A stretch of 64,000 nt of DNA from a virus. The position numbers and the translations under genes were made by a program. The DNA is taken from IMG/VR virus record IMGVR_UViG_3300034377_000007, positions 1-64,000 of that record, one strand, 5' to 3'. Under the pieces are notes generated by a model. That model saw only the letters and a program-made list of their open reading frames with translations, searched no databases and was not told where the DNA came from. This document shows positions 1 through 9,870 of the stretch, piece by piece (within the stretch, counting starts at the first letter, position 1; each line of letters opens with the position of its first letter).

Positions 1-1352
1 GTCAGGGCCTGTTCGGAATTGGCAACGCCCTGCTGCGAATCACGGCGTGGTGCTCCGGGGATGATTGGGTCTTTCGGCTGTTTGGGATTGGTGTTCTTGG
101 CCGCTTGTGTCAGGCGAGCGTCAAGACGCTGGAAGGCGGGATGCTTCAGGCGCTCCCTGGCGTACTTGTCTGCGTAAGGGAAGATGGATTTAATTGCTTC
201 CAACACGTTCGCCTTCTCGCCCTTATCGACGTAGAAGAGGGCCGAATCTACCGCCGCCTTGATCGCTTGGTAGCCCGCCTCGTCCGTCTTCTCAAGGCCC
301 TTGGCCCAATTTGCGAAGTCGACTTCAAGCTCGGACAGACCGGCGCGACCGCCTCTCAGGAAGAGGCTCATTTTCTCTTCTTTGAGGTCGGCGACTTCCG
401 GCGCCAGCTCGCGCTCCTTATCGGTGACGGCTAAGCCGAACTCCTCTTCGAGCTTGCTCGTGAAGTAAGACTCGACGCCGCTCTCGAACGCGGTGAAGGC
501 TTCCTGCCTGACTTCGAGCGGCACGGTGTTGGCGGGCTGCTCTTTTGACTTGTCAGCATCGGGCTTCGCCGCTTCCGGCTTTTGAGCCTCGCCTGTAGCC
601 GTGTTGGACTGTTCGGGCTTGGCTTCTGACGGTTTCGCGCTGGCCGCTTTCTGGGCCGCTTCAATGAAGGCCAGAACCTCGGGCTCGTCGTCGAAGAGTT
701 TCGTGATCTCTTCAACCTGCTCGGCAGTCAAGGGTGTGATCCCCGTCGCTGCGGGCATCTCCTTCCCTTTATTGGCTTCCCAGAATGAGACGGCCTCTTT
801 GACAAGCTCCTTGGTCATGTCGTCGCGCCCCGTCATCGCCCGCGCGTAGAACTCGGAGCCGTCCTTCTCGTAGGCTTCGAGCATCAATGCGCCGTAAGCC
901 TCGCCGTCCATTTCGGCGATTCGTTTTGCTAATTGGGCGGGGTCGCTGAGGCGTTTCCTGAGCATCGCGCCTTCGAGGTCGGCATAACGAGAGGGTGAGC
1001 GGCTTTCGAGGTACTGGATTATCTCTTCCGGCGGTTTGGCCGGGTTCAAAAAGTGATCTTCAAAGACACGCTTCTCTTTCGCAGTATCGGAAGCGGTCTT
1101 TTGATCGGCAGCACCCTTATCTTCAGGTTTGGCCTCCGCCTTCTCTTCCGGCGCGGCCTGCTGTTCAATCAGAGCATCATCTGCTTGATCTTCTGCACCT
1201 TGCTCCTGGCTATCTGCGCCCGGCGTCGCTGCGTCGGCGTCAGTAGTTGTCGGAGGCTCAGGTGTAGAGTCGTCTTCAAAAGCCCAAGACATATCGTCAA
1301 CGGGTGTGTCGGCGACTGCTGCGGGCGGCGATTGAGATGATTGTTCTGACAT
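1..1352 (-). CDS. Acidic low-complexity protein downstream of portal (scaffolding-like); 3' end beyond window
   Basis: The minus frame is open from the ATG at 1352 to position 1. It is missing from the ORF track only because no stop lies in the window. It begins MSEQSSQSPPAAVADTPVDD, is more than 450 aa and is E/K/A-rich, and it sits after the portal gene. Confidence 0.6.
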   Translation of the reverse strand, partial: MSEQSSQSPPAAVADTPVDDMSWAFEDDSTPEPPTTTDADAATPGADSQEQGAEDQADDALIEQQAAPEEKAEAKPEDKGAADQKTASDTAKEKRVFEDHFLNPAKPPEEIIQYLESRSPSRYADLEGAMLRKRLSDPAQLAKRIAEMDGEAYGALMLEAYEKDGSEFYARAMTGRDDMTKELVKEAVSFWEANKGKEMPAATGITPLTAEQVEEITKLFDDEPEVLAFIEAAQKAASAKPSEAKPEQSNTATGEAQKPEAAKPDADKSKEQPANTVPLEVRQEAFTAFESGVESYFTSKLEEEFGLAVTDKERELAPEVADLKEEKMSLFLRGGRAGLSELEVDFANWAKGLEKTDEAGYQAIKAAVDSALFYVDKGEKANVLEAIKSIFPYADKYARERLKHPAFQRLDARLTQAAKNTNPKQPKDPIIPGAPRRDSQQGVANSEQAL

Positions 1353-1360
1353 AGGCGTAA

Positions 1361-1391
1361 ACACGAAAAAGCCCGCCAGAGGAAGCAGGCT
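1361..1391 (-). terminator. Intrinsic-terminator-like hairpin just upstream of the scaffold-like gene
   Basis: The minus-strand RNA reads AGCCUGC-loop-GCGGGCU (7 bp including one G-U pair that works only on this strand) followed by UUUUUCGUGUUU. Confidence 0.45.
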
Positions 1392-1587
1392 CATTTGCCT
1401 ATGGCTTCGTTCTGACGGGCTACCTTTTTAGGGGCTGTGGCCCTATTAAATTGTCAGCAGACGCAAGAGGCGTCCGCGCTTTCAGAGGGATATTACGCTA
1501 GTTTGAGTCACTGCGTAAAGCTAAATATTACGCTTTAGGGATTTCGATACGGACTTTCACCTCTCCTTCCTCACGTCAATGGCCTAG

Positions 1588-1818
1588 TCAGAAATAATGT
1601 TCATCAAAGTAATCCTCAACCATTTGACTTGCGAACCTTAGCCCTTCATTAAATCCCTCTGAATAGACTTTCCGGTTTTTAGGCTCAATATACTCAAACC
1701 ACTTAGCCGGACGTTCGTTTTCCTTGATCTTCTTTGTGATTCCCTCTAGCTGCTCTTTACGTTCTTCTTCAAGGGCCGTATCAACAGCTTTGGAGATTTT
1801 ATCTGCTACGCCGCTCAT
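1588..1818 (-). CDS. Hypothetical protein (76 aa)
   Basis: There is an ATGA start/stop overlap with the upstream ORF at 1815-1818. The protein is acidic and helical. The longer track ORF (start 1836) is probably an over-extension. Confidence 0.5.
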   Translation of the reverse strand: MSGVADKISKAVDTALEEERKEQLEGITKKIKENERPAKWFEYIEPKNRKVYSEGFNEGLRFASQMVEDYFDEHYF

Positions 1819-2411
1819 CCCTGCGTCCTCCCACAATAACAGGCTTCACCTACTGGTACATCTACTTCTAAACCGGGAGGATGGTTGGAGCATTTCCAAG
1901 TTCTAGGGATGCCATCATAAACGATTGTCCGTGCGGCCATGTTATAGACTGAGCCTGCACCGTGGTACGGCTCGTCAATGCGCTGCGCACCATAGGTCGT
2001 ATCGGGCACTTCATAGTATGCGCCGACTTTGCCGTAATAGGTTGAGTCAATACCGGGCAAGCCCCAGCTATCTTGGCCTTCTTTCATTGCAGGGAAGGTA
2101 ATTGTTTTCGTTTCGCCATTGTCTCCATCGGGTACTTCCATGCTGAAAGTTTTAGATGCCTCTGCTGCTCGCTGCTGCGCTTCTACTGCCTCGCTTATAG
2201 TCCGCATGGCCTCTTCATCTCCTGACACAATCGCCGCCGCAAAGCTCTTAAACAGGTCTGCGCGCGATGGCTCTACGCCAATGCCTACCATCTTGTCGCA
2301 GTGGGTTTTACCATCTGGCCCGACATAATGCACGTGCATCTCGTCCGTCCTGATTGCTTCGCGCCGTATCTCGCAATAGGTTGATTCGCTGTAGGCTAGA
2401 TCGTCGCTCAT
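1815..2411 (-). CDS. Hypothetical protein (198 aa)
   Basis: The ORF is complete, on the same strand as the head module, and has a balanced composition. I recognised no motif. Confidence 0.6.
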   Translation of the reverse strand: MSDDLAYSESTYCEIRREAIRTDEMHVHYVGPDGKTHCDKMVGIGVEPSRADLFKSFAAAIVSGDEEAMRTISEAVEAQQRAAEASKTFSMEVPDGDNGETKTITFPAMKEGQDSWGLPGIDSTYYGKVGAYYEVPDTTYGAQRIDEPYHGAGSVYNMAARTIVYDGIPRTWKCSNHPPGLEVDVPVGEACYCGRTQG

Positions 2412-2428
2412 GGCTTCAAATTATACCA

Positions 2429-2629
2429 CTACAACTCCAATTCCTTCTCAATACTTTCGACCTCTGCCAGCATCCCGCGCCGGAGCAGAAACATCTCGTC
2501 ACGCCTGAGCCTCTGCCACTCCTTACGCATGAATTGTCGAATTGCTTCGGCTAATTCAGGGGGTAGATTAGGCTCGTCGCGCGACTCCTTTTTACGGTCT
2601 GCACCTTTGATGTGGCGAACTTCAGCCAT
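2429..2629 (-). CDS. Hypothetical protein (66 aa)
   Basis: This is a compact ORF lying 4 nt after the upstream stop. It is charged and helical. Confidence 0.45.
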   Translation of the reverse strand: MAEVRHIKGADRKKESRDEPNLPPELAEAIRQFMRKEWQRLRRDEMFLLRRGMLAEVESIEKELEL

Positions 2630-2633
2630 TTGT

Positions 2634-2876
2634 TTACGAATCGGTCAGTCTCGCGCTCTCTATCACCCCCGCGCGCACCATCTCACCCGGCTTCAGCTTT
2701 GGAACAATACGCCCTATAGGTGCTGAGTGGTCTTCCGGTTCAACCATGCGCCCGCCACAATCAATAAACGGGCATTCATCGCCTACTTGGCTATTCCTCT
2801 TCTCCGCTTCAATGTAAGCGAGTGATTTCTGCTTGCAGGTGTCACAGACGAGGCGACTATCAGGCTCCATGAGCAA
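2634..2876 (-). CDS. Zinc-ribbon protein (80 aa)
   Basis: The pattern CDTC...CPFIDC is a four-Cys ribbon. Confidence 0.5.
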   Translation of the reverse strand: MLMEPDSRLVCDTCKQKSLAYIEAEKRNSQVGDECPFIDCGGRMVEPEDHSAPIGRIVPKLKPGEMVRAGVIESARLTDS

Positions 2877-2912
2877 ACGGATTGTAGGAATTGAAAGCAG
2901 ATACTCAGCCCC

Positions 2913-3026
2913 TTAGATACAATCGTCAAGCAGGGTATCCAGCGGCACAGGCCCGACAGCACCAGCGCGAGGATTAAGCATGAGTGCCAGTTTTTCTATC
3001 TTTTCTCTGTACTGCTCGTCGGTCAT
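2913..3026 (-). CDS. Small ORF (37 aa)
   Basis: It begins MTDEQYREKIEKLALML. Its ATG overlaps the stop of the upstream ORF (ATGA at 3023-3026). It is below the track size cut-off. Confidence 0.35.
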   Translation of the reverse strand: MTDEQYREKIEKLALMLNPRAGAVGPVPLDTLLDDCI

Positions 3027-3274
3027 TTCTCATCTCTCCTCTTCTTCTCATTAGTGACAACCAACTGAGTAAATAGAGCCAGATAGATTGCTTCTAAAGA
3101 TACCCATGTGGTTAAAACCAGAAGTACGAGCGTCGCGTCATAGAAGAACAGCCCCGCGAGGTTCACGATGAACAAGATGGTGTGAATTAAGATAGAGAGA
3201 GGCGAGCCGATCTTGTCGGCTATATGCTCTGCCATCTTGTTGAATTTATCGTTCACTCGTCGTCGTCCCACCAA
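3023..3274 (-). CDS. Small membrane protein (2 predicted TM helices)
   Basis: There are two hydrophobic stretches: PLSILIHTILFIVNLAGLFFY and LVLLVLTTWVSLEAIYLALFTQLVV. Confidence 0.55.
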   Translation of the reverse strand: MVGRRRVNDKFNKMAEHIADKIGSPLSILIHTILFIVNLAGLFFYDATLVLLVLTTWVSLEAIYLALFTQLVVTNEKKRRDEK

Positions 3275-3349
3275 TTACGAATGGCTTTGATGGCATCGTT
3301 GATCGCTTTGATTAAATCGGCGAGCGCTACCAGTCCGCGCCACAGAGTT

Positions 3350-3613
3350 TTAAGCTGCTCTCTCATCGCTATGCCCGCCATAAACATAGACCGCATCGTC
3401 TCCCTGCTCGCTCTGTAACAGATAAGACTCAATGGTGTAGGCTGGCACGCCTGCTGAATGGTTGCCGTGCAGCCGAGCTGCTGCATTTCTCAGCGCGGTA
3501 TCGGCTGGCGTGACTTTATACTCGACTGAAACGGGAAGATTTATTTGAACATCGCCCCGCTTTACGGCGACCTCTTTCCCGTCTAGAGGCCCTCCGACTA
3601 GCTTAGCTTTCAT
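3350..3613 (-). CDS. Hypothetical protein (87 aa)
   Basis: There is an ATGA overlap with the portal stop at 3610-3613. Confidence 0.55.
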   Translation of the reverse strand: MKAKLVGGPLDGKEVAVKRGDVQINLPVSVEYKVTPADTALRNAAARLHGNHSAGVPAYTIESYLLQSEQGDDAVYVYGGHSDERAA

Positions 3614-6150
3614 CTCACTATCTCCGGTTGATTACCATTCTGCTGTGCCTGTTGCGCCAACTCATGCTCGGCTGCTTTCTCGACAAGCCTGCGTTTCAGG
3701 TCTTCATCCTTCTGCGCTTCCTCTCGCTGCATATCAGCATCCCTGGAATCCTGTTCGGTTATATGCTCTAGGGCAGCGCCCGCCACCGCCGTCTCGGCCT
3801 GATCGTCCTCATCCGGCTGAGGATTAACTTCGCCCGAGAGCTTCTTCGTCAGCTCCGCCAGCTTGAACTGCTGCGCCTGCTGTGCCTCGAAGTGGTCGAA
3901 CCAAAGCTTGCCCACTACCGCCTTCATGGCATCGCTCGAAGTCTTCGCTCTCTCGCCAAAGAGCCAATCCTTATAGACATCTTTGAAGGATTCGTGCTCG
4001 TGCATGAAGGGGTCAACCAGCGGGGCGCAAATCTCCGCCATGACCTCATACATCCTGGTTGCCGCCGCAGCGGTGTCAGCCAAGAAAGACGGGTTCTTCG
4101 CCAAGGCGCGCGCTTCGATGGCCGCCAGTTTATTCAGACGATACTCGGCTTCTCTTCTGTCGCTGCGACCGGGGCCGATCTCGAATGGTATTCCTAGGAC
4201 ATCCCCCATTGTTGAAAGCAGTTCCAATCCCCAAGGTACGTCTTTCAGTCCTGATGCTATCTGCCCGAACGCCATGATATTCGCCTGCGTCAGAGCCATC
4301 GAACGGGGCGTGTCCGTGTTCTCCTTGACAGAGATAGACAGCGTTTGCCTGAAATTGCAGTTGAAGAAGCTTTCGACCACATCGGGGCCGAACCTCTTGG
4401 CCAACTCTTTTCTCTGTTCAGGAGCAGAGTAGTCCCTGATATTCTCTAATATCTGAAGCATCAACTCCTTATCCGCCGCGATTCTCTGCATGATGGGGCC
4501 GATCATGCGCCCGTTCGCGTTCTCGTTCATCATCGCCGCACCCGTGGCAGTCCCCGCCACCTTGGCATCGGGCGCTCCGACGTGACCCTGAAGGGAATAT
4601 GTTCCCCCGATGAACTGCATCATGCCTTCAATCCACGCCGATGTACCGTCCTCGGCCGCCGCCTGTCCGGGTAGTTGCTTAACCGCCCAATCAAGGCCGT
4701 TCACCGTGGACGGTAACTTATCCACGCTCAGGAATTGCCCGGCCATCGGCAATTCTTTCACGGCCTGCCTGTTCAGTATCGTCAGAGGTCTCGCGGAGGT
4801 CATCTTGATCGCGTACTTCTGGTTGAAGTCGTCGTTGATGATGTCCTGCAAGGTGATAAGGGGCTGAAGACCAGCGCCGCGGGATGAGCCCGGCCTCTTC
4901 CCATAAAATACCCACGACCAGCGGCGGTTCTTGTTCAGGGGTGCAGCGCGAACCAGAGTCCTTCCGACGTAGCAGAGATAGAGCCCATCGGGAAAGACTT
5001 CGCCGAGCAGTTTACCTGCAGGGACTTTCAGGCCGTTGGGGTAAATATCCGGGTCTGCCGGGAGCGTCTCTTCCTCCTTATTCCATTTATGACCGTACTC
5101 CACCGCGTCCATGTAGATGTGCTCGCGCTGTACCGGATTAGAGTTTTCATCCCTCTGGGAATTGCCCCCATACGTTCGACTGGAACCGACGATCGGGTCG
5201 GTCTGCTGCGAATATCTTTCCTGCTGTTGCCTCATTAAGACTTCACCGGTCAGATTTTCCTCATCCTCGATGATAGTTTGGTACATCCACTCAGCGACGT
5301 TCTTCGGGAGATAATCACGCTCGACGACGAAGGTCGAATGTTTAGGTTTCTGAGCGGAGAGAGACCTTTGGACGGCCATCATGTGGGGTATATGAAGGAT
5401 GTTTTCAGAGAGAGGGACTTCGACCTCCTCGGGCACGAGTTTCGTCGCCTTAGCGCCGGGAGCAGACTTTATGTACGTTGCTCCACACTTCGGGCAGGCT
5501 TTCTCTCCGTCTGGAACATCAACGTCGCACGCCTGGCATTTACGGCTGCCGGGAAGCTCTATCACCTCGCTTTTGTAGTCTATCCTCTGCGCCGTCTTCG
5601 GCGACTCGGGATTGATGCCCCACAGGAGGCATCTCGCGCTCTCACCCGCACAGACGGTATTGAGAATCTCATCCATCTGCGCATCTTCTGTCATCAACCG
5701 ATCTTTCTCTTCAACTGCCAACTCCTCCGCCATCTTAGAGACAGCAACGATTGAAGGGTCTGACTGGTTATTTGCTGAAAACACATAACCGGGCTTGGTC
5801 TTTAAGAGCTGCATCAAGACCTGTTCGGCATGGCCATTGATGACCGGAATCGAATAGGCGTAATCCCAGTCTCGACGCTGATCCACCAGGACACCGTTCT
5901 CGTTATACTCGCTGTACTGGTCGCCGTTTAAGTAGCGACACGTCATGTCCATATCTTCGAGGTGCTTGGTGCGAGAGTCCTTATCAACAGTACGATAGTG
6001 GTCTCTCCGGCCAAGAAAGAAAGTGCCGAGAGTCTCCTGCTTATTCCGCTGGCGCTCGATGAGTCGTCGGCGAAAGCTTTGCGGGTCGGCCTTCCTGGGC
6101 TTGTCCTGCTCGGTGACAGGGGCGGTTTGCAGTTCTGTTTGCGGGGTCAT
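3610..6150 (-). CDS. Portal protein candidate (846 aa)
   Basis: It is a large ORF two small genes downstream of terL. Its size and position fit a portal. It contains an internal CQAC...CPKC zinc ribbon. I could not verify any diagnostic motif by eye. Confidence 0.6.
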   Translation of the reverse strand: MTPQTELQTAPVTEQDKPRKADPQSFRRRLIERQRNKQETLGTFFLGRRDHYRTVDKDSRTKHLEDMDMTCRYLNGDQYSEYNENGVLVDQRRDWDYAYSIPVINGHAEQVLMQLLKTKPGYVFSANNQSDPSIVAVSKMAEELAVEEKDRLMTEDAQMDEILNTVCAGESARCLLWGINPESPKTAQRIDYKSEVIELPGSRKCQACDVDVPDGEKACPKCGATYIKSAPGAKATKLVPEEVEVPLSENILHIPHMMAVQRSLSAQKPKHSTFVVERDYLPKNVAEWMYQTIIEDEENLTGEVLMRQQQERYSQQTDPIVGSSRTYGGNSQRDENSNPVQREHIYMDAVEYGHKWNKEEETLPADPDIYPNGLKVPAGKLLGEVFPDGLYLCYVGRTLVRAAPLNKNRRWSWVFYGKRPGSSRGAGLQPLITLQDIINDDFNQKYAIKMTSARPLTILNRQAVKELPMAGQFLSVDKLPSTVNGLDWAVKQLPGQAAAEDGTSAWIEGMMQFIGGTYSLQGHVGAPDAKVAGTATGAAMMNENANGRMIGPIMQRIAADKELMLQILENIRDYSAPEQRKELAKRFGPDVVESFFNCNFRQTLSISVKENTDTPRSMALTQANIMAFGQIASGLKDVPWGLELLSTMGDVLGIPFEIGPGRSDRREAEYRLNKLAAIEARALAKNPSFLADTAAAATRMYEVMAEICAPLVDPFMHEHESFKDVYKDWLFGERAKTSSDAMKAVVGKLWFDHFEAQQAQQFKLAELTKKLSGEVNPQPDEDDQAETAVAGAALEHITEQDSRDADMQREEAQKDEDLKRRLVEKAAEHELAQQAQQNGNQPEIVR

Positions 6151-6159
6151 TCGCCTACC

Positions 6160-6558
6160 TCATTCCATTTCGAGCTTTTTATCAACTAACGCTAACTCTT
6201 CCTCTGTGAGAGACTCGCGGTTATCCTGAAGCGTCTTTTCCTTCTTCTCCTGCGCTTCGCGGGCGCGGGCCTCAGAGGCAAGCCTGGCTCTCGCCTTTAT
6301 CCCTGCGCGGCCTACCGCCGGAATGCTCATGATCTCGGCTTCCGAGAGGTGAGAGACGCCGTTGCCCGTAACCACCGGCTTCGTATCGGGCTTAGGCAAG
6401 ACGCGATCAAGCAGGTCGGCCTGCCCGTTGTTCAAATCTCGGAGCAGTTGGGTTAGTGTGGTGACCTGTTCGCGTAGCGCCTCTTCTCTGGCTTCAGCAC
6501 GGACGCGGGCGTCATGTTCTGCTTCGTACTTTTCCTGTGAGACAAATCCAAGCATCAT
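6160..6558 (-). CDS. Hypothetical coiled-coil protein (132 aa)
   Basis: It is a charged helical ORF between terL and the portal, with an ATGA overlap to the upstream ORF at 6555-6558. Confidence 0.55.
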   Translation of the reverse strand: MMLGFVSQEKYEAEHDARVRAEAREEALREQVTTLTQLLRDLNNGQADLLDRVLPKPDTKPVVTGNGVSHLSEAEIMSIPAVGRAGIKARARLASEARAREAQEKKEKTLQDNRESLTEEELALVDKKLEME

Positions 6559-6908
6559 TCAAACCTCATCCCCGAATACTCTGCGATAACATCGCAGAGT
6601 TCTTTGCGTTGTGCTAACTCTTCGGTCCTCTGGCGGCACACCGCAATCATCATTCTGGCAATGTGCTTTCTCAACCAGGATAGTTCTTTCATTTCGGCAA
6701 TACGCTTTTGATATACAGCAATAAAGCATATCGCCACTCTGTATGTTTCCAGTTCTAGTTTTTCTCGCTCAAGGCGCTGCCGTCTGATAGAAGTGATTCT
6801 TGCTGCACGCGCCCGTATGGCGGGAAGACGAGCAATACGCATCTCCTCATCATAAAGCCCGTTATAAATATAGGGCGGCGTCCATTGCGTCTGAACAAAT
6901 TGGCTCAC
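6555..6908 (-). CDS. Hypothetical protein (117 aa)
   Basis: It is translationally coupled to terL through an overlap at 6905-6908. Confidence 0.55.
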   Translation of the reverse strand: MSQFVQTQWTPPYIYNGLYDEEMRIARLPAIRARAARITSIRRQRLEREKLELETYRVAICFIAVYQKRIAEMKELSWLRKHIARMMIAVCRQRTEELAQRKELCDVIAEYSGMRFE

Positions 6909-9289
6909 TTCCTCCTATACCTCCTATGGCTCACGGGCTGCCCAATCATCCTCCCGTACTGCTTAACAAGCTTCTCTTCTTCCTTACGCTCTTCCTGTTC
7001 AATCCGGCCAAGGGCGTGCTGCATGCCTGAGAGGAGTTCAGGGAACTCGGGAGTGCCGCGCTGGGACATGACCGCAACAGGCTTCAACTCGTCCGGCAGT
7101 TGGGAGATGCGGCGCTGTTCTCTGGTCAAGGCCGTAGCAGAGAGGGCGAAGTTGTAGAGCATCATGCGAACGCAATCTAAGGTCACGCCGCCATAGGGCT
7201 GCGGCTCCCCTTTGTCGTTATAGGCCCAGGTGATCGCCTCCTGCCGCATTGCGAGTTGTCCCGCATCGTTAAAGGGGGCGTCCAACTGAAGGCTGTCAAC
7301 CAGCAGATAACAGTGAGAAGCTTTCCATCTCGGATAAACGGGATGCCTCTGGTTCGGTATCTCCTGAAAATACCAGTTCGTCTCAGGTAGACCGGCTTCC
7401 GCGTCGTCCTCGAAGTATTGAAGATCAAGGCCGTACTTTTCTCCTGCGACCTGAACGATGTCGGAACTCCCCTTACTCAGCCAGATGAAACCGGCCTGCT
7501 CGACACCCTTCTCGCAGAACCTTTGCAGCGCGCGCCTGAGACCTTCCAAAATCTTCGCAGGCCCGTCCACGTACTCCCTGCCGGAAGCCACGACGAAGGC
7601 ACATTCTCCCAAGAAAGCGTCCTCCGCTGCGCGCGCTGTGATCGCCCAGCCGGAAGGATTGCTAGCATCTGAATCCACGCGGACGGCAGCGCTAACCTCC
7701 CAGTGTCCGGGGATTCGTGGGCCGAACCTTTCAGCGAATTCCATCCAACCGAACAGGCGGGGCTCGCTTTTGATGACCAAGCCTCTATAGAAAAGGTCTG
7801 TCAGGAACTTATGCCCGTCGCTCCCCGCGTCAATGATGTCCTTGGTCGAGCCGACGGGGAAGTTCTTATGCTCACTTTTGAAGGGCTTAAACCAGTCGGG
7901 CGTCGAGCCGTCCCTGTTGCGAACGATGAAGACCTTCCCCTTATTGAAATCCACGGAGTACGGATAAGCACGCATCTCCTTCGAGCCACTCACAGGATCA
8001 GTGAAGACCTGATACTCCCTGAGCATCTGGCGGAACTTGTAGGCAACGTCTTTACCTGCGGAGCCGGGGTCTTGCGGGGCATGAATTGCAACCAGCTTGC
8101 CGTCTCGCTCTGCGGTCGTCTTTTGCAGATTCTCGCGGTCAGCCGTGTTGACCTGCTTTCTCTCGCAGTCTTCAATGTAAATATTGGCAGAGGAGTCTAT
8201 ACCCATCCGAAGGCCGACGCTGTACGCACCTGCCCCCTCGGTCGCCGCGTTGTCCCAGGCTCTTACGCGGTGAAGAAGCTTAGGGACTTGATCAAAGTCA
8301 ATCTCCTTCAAGCACGAGACGTTGAAGAAGTCGCCCTCCTCAGAAGTAGGTCTGCCTTGAAACTGTGAATTCCAGACCTGAGCGTTCTTCTTCTGGCGCT
8401 CGTAGTAGACAGCCGTTCGACGTGGGGAAAGATACTCGCCCTTTTCACGGCCCAGTGGATCAGGAAATGATCTTCCAGATTCCTCGTCAACGTAATCCCC
8501 ATCGGCCTGAGCGGCGTAACGTAACAGTCCGAACTCGCCCGAGGCTATTGCACGTCCTCCCATGTCGTCCTGATGGTAACGGTGAAACATGATAAAGACG
8601 TTCCCGGTCTCAAGGATGCGGGGCTGCGCCGTCTCTTCGTAGAACCTCCATGTCTTGTCTCGGATCACCGGAGAGAGTGCTTCTTCGACCGATTTATAGG
8701 GGTCGTCAATGACGAGAGTATCAGCGCCCGTACCGACAAAGCCGGTCTGGAGTCCTAAAGCGATGAATGAGGCTTGCCCGTCGTTGACTTCCAACCTTGC
8801 GTTGGTTGACCACTCGACGGCTTTACTACGTTCTGGAATGTGCCCGGCGGGGTCACGGAATATCTCTTTATGCTCTGCTGACTGAAGAAGCCTCTTGACG
8901 ACGACGCTGAACCTCGCAGCGTGGAGGATGTTGTAGCAGGCCAGCCTGAATCTGTGCGTCGGGTCTTGCCCGAAGATGTAAGCAGGGTATGCCTGCGACA
9001 TGATGATGGTCTTGCCGAACTGCGGAGGGGCGGCGATGGTCTCACGCTTGCCGGGATGACGGAAAGCGTCTTCCAGACGAGCGCAGAGGTCTATCTGCCA
9101 GTCGTCAAGCTTGATGTGCTTGACGCGCTCGACGTACTCAGCCAATGTCAGGGTCGGCTTTTCGATAACGGTCTCCACACGTTCAGCGGCACGCCGACGG
9201 CGCTCGCGCTCTGCTTTTGCTCTCAGGCTGACGGGGATGTTACCCCCGCGCAAGCTGGTCAAGTTCTTCGTCGGTGAGTGTGCTAACAT
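6905..9289 (-). CDS. terL: Terminase large subunit with a long C-terminal extension (794 aa)
   Basis: It has a Walker A-like APPQFGKTIIMS and a Walker B-like TLVIDDPY. Nuclease-type acidic motifs are VRAWDNAAT, HAPQDPGSAGKD and DIIDAGSDG. It lies next to terS and the portal. Confidence 0.85.
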   Translation of the reverse strand: MLAHSPTKNLTSLRGGNIPVSLRAKAERERRRRAAERVETVIEKPTLTLAEYVERVKHIKLDDWQIDLCARLEDAFRHPGKRETIAAPPQFGKTIIMSQAYPAYIFGQDPTHRFRLACYNILHAARFSVVVKRLLQSAEHKEIFRDPAGHIPERSKAVEWSTNARLEVNDGQASFIALGLQTGFVGTGADTLVIDDPYKSVEEALSPVIRDKTWRFYEETAQPRILETGNVFIMFHRYHQDDMGGRAIASGEFGLLRYAAQADGDYVDEESGRSFPDPLGREKGEYLSPRRTAVYYERQKKNAQVWNSQFQGRPTSEEGDFFNVSCLKEIDFDQVPKLLHRVRAWDNAATEGAGAYSVGLRMGIDSSANIYIEDCERKQVNTADRENLQKTTAERDGKLVAIHAPQDPGSAGKDVAYKFRQMLREYQVFTDPVSGSKEMRAYPYSVDFNKGKVFIVRNRDGSTPDWFKPFKSEHKNFPVGSTKDIIDAGSDGHKFLTDLFYRGLVIKSEPRLFGWMEFAERFGPRIPGHWEVSAAVRVDSDASNPSGWAITARAAEDAFLGECAFVVASGREYVDGPAKILEGLRRALQRFCEKGVEQAGFIWLSKGSSDIVQVAGEKYGLDLQYFEDDAEAGLPETNWYFQEIPNQRHPVYPRWKASHCYLLVDSLQLDAPFNDAGQLAMRQEAITWAYNDKGEPQPYGGVTLDCVRMMLYNFALSATALTREQRRISQLPDELKPVAVMSQRGTPEFPELLSGMQHALGRIEQEERKEEEKLVKQYGRMIGQPVSHRRYRRK

Positions 9290-9668
9290 CTATCTTCAAT
9301 GTCGGGTTATAGAGCCCCGGTTTATGGGCTTTCAGTAGAAAGATGGTTAAGGTGTCGCTCTGCGCGCGTGCTCGTTCCCACGCAATCTCTTCAAGGCTCT
9401 CAACCGCTCTATCCTTCGCCTCATCGGCACGCTTGCGAAACTCCCCATAGTTCTCGTAATGGTCGTAGTAAGACCTACGCGGCACGCCTGCGGCCTCGCA
9501 CGCCGCCGAGATGTTGGCGTTCTGCTCGAAGGCCAAGATAAACGCATCATGCCAACCAAAATCAGGCTGCGGGACGGGCGGCTTATTGACCTCTTTTTTA
9601 GGTGTGCGAACAGGCGTTTTCTTCGCTCTGGCTTTCGCCGCCTTCTTTGTGGATTTCTTCGCGGCCAT
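9240..9668 (-). CDS. terS: Terminase small subunit
   Basis: It has a Lys-rich N-terminus, then an HTH-like NISAACEAAGVPRRSYYDHY segment typical of phage small terminases. It overlaps the terL start. Confidence 0.75.
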   Translation of the reverse strand: MAAKKSTKKAAKARAKKTPVRTPKKEVNKPPVPQPDFGWHDAFILAFEQNANISAACEAAGVPRRSYYDHYENYGEFRKRADEAKDRAVESLEEIAWERARAQSDTLTIFLLKAHKPGLYNPTLKIDVSTLTDEELDQLARG

Positions 9669-9818
9669 TTACCCTCTCCACCCGATCAGATAAACGGCCA
9701 CCAGACAGGCAAATGCCAGCCACTGAAACTGAAATCTACCCTTACCCGTGACGTTGCATCCCGCGAGGATGAAAAACCCAAGCGCGAGGGCGTACAAAAT
9801 AAGCGTTGCGATTGGCAT
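9669..9818 (-). CDS. Small membrane protein (49 aa)
   Basis: The sequence MPIATLILYALALGFFILAGC...WLAFACLVAVYLIGW has two hydrophobic segments. Its TAA stop abuts the terS ATG. It is below the track cut-off. Confidence 0.45.
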   Translation of the reverse strand: MPIATLILYALALGFFILAGCNVTGKGRFQFQWLAFACLVAVYLIGWRG

Positions 9819-9870
9819 AATCTCTACTCCTTCTTGTTAGCTAAGTCCGATACGCTGGTCGAACTCCTCC

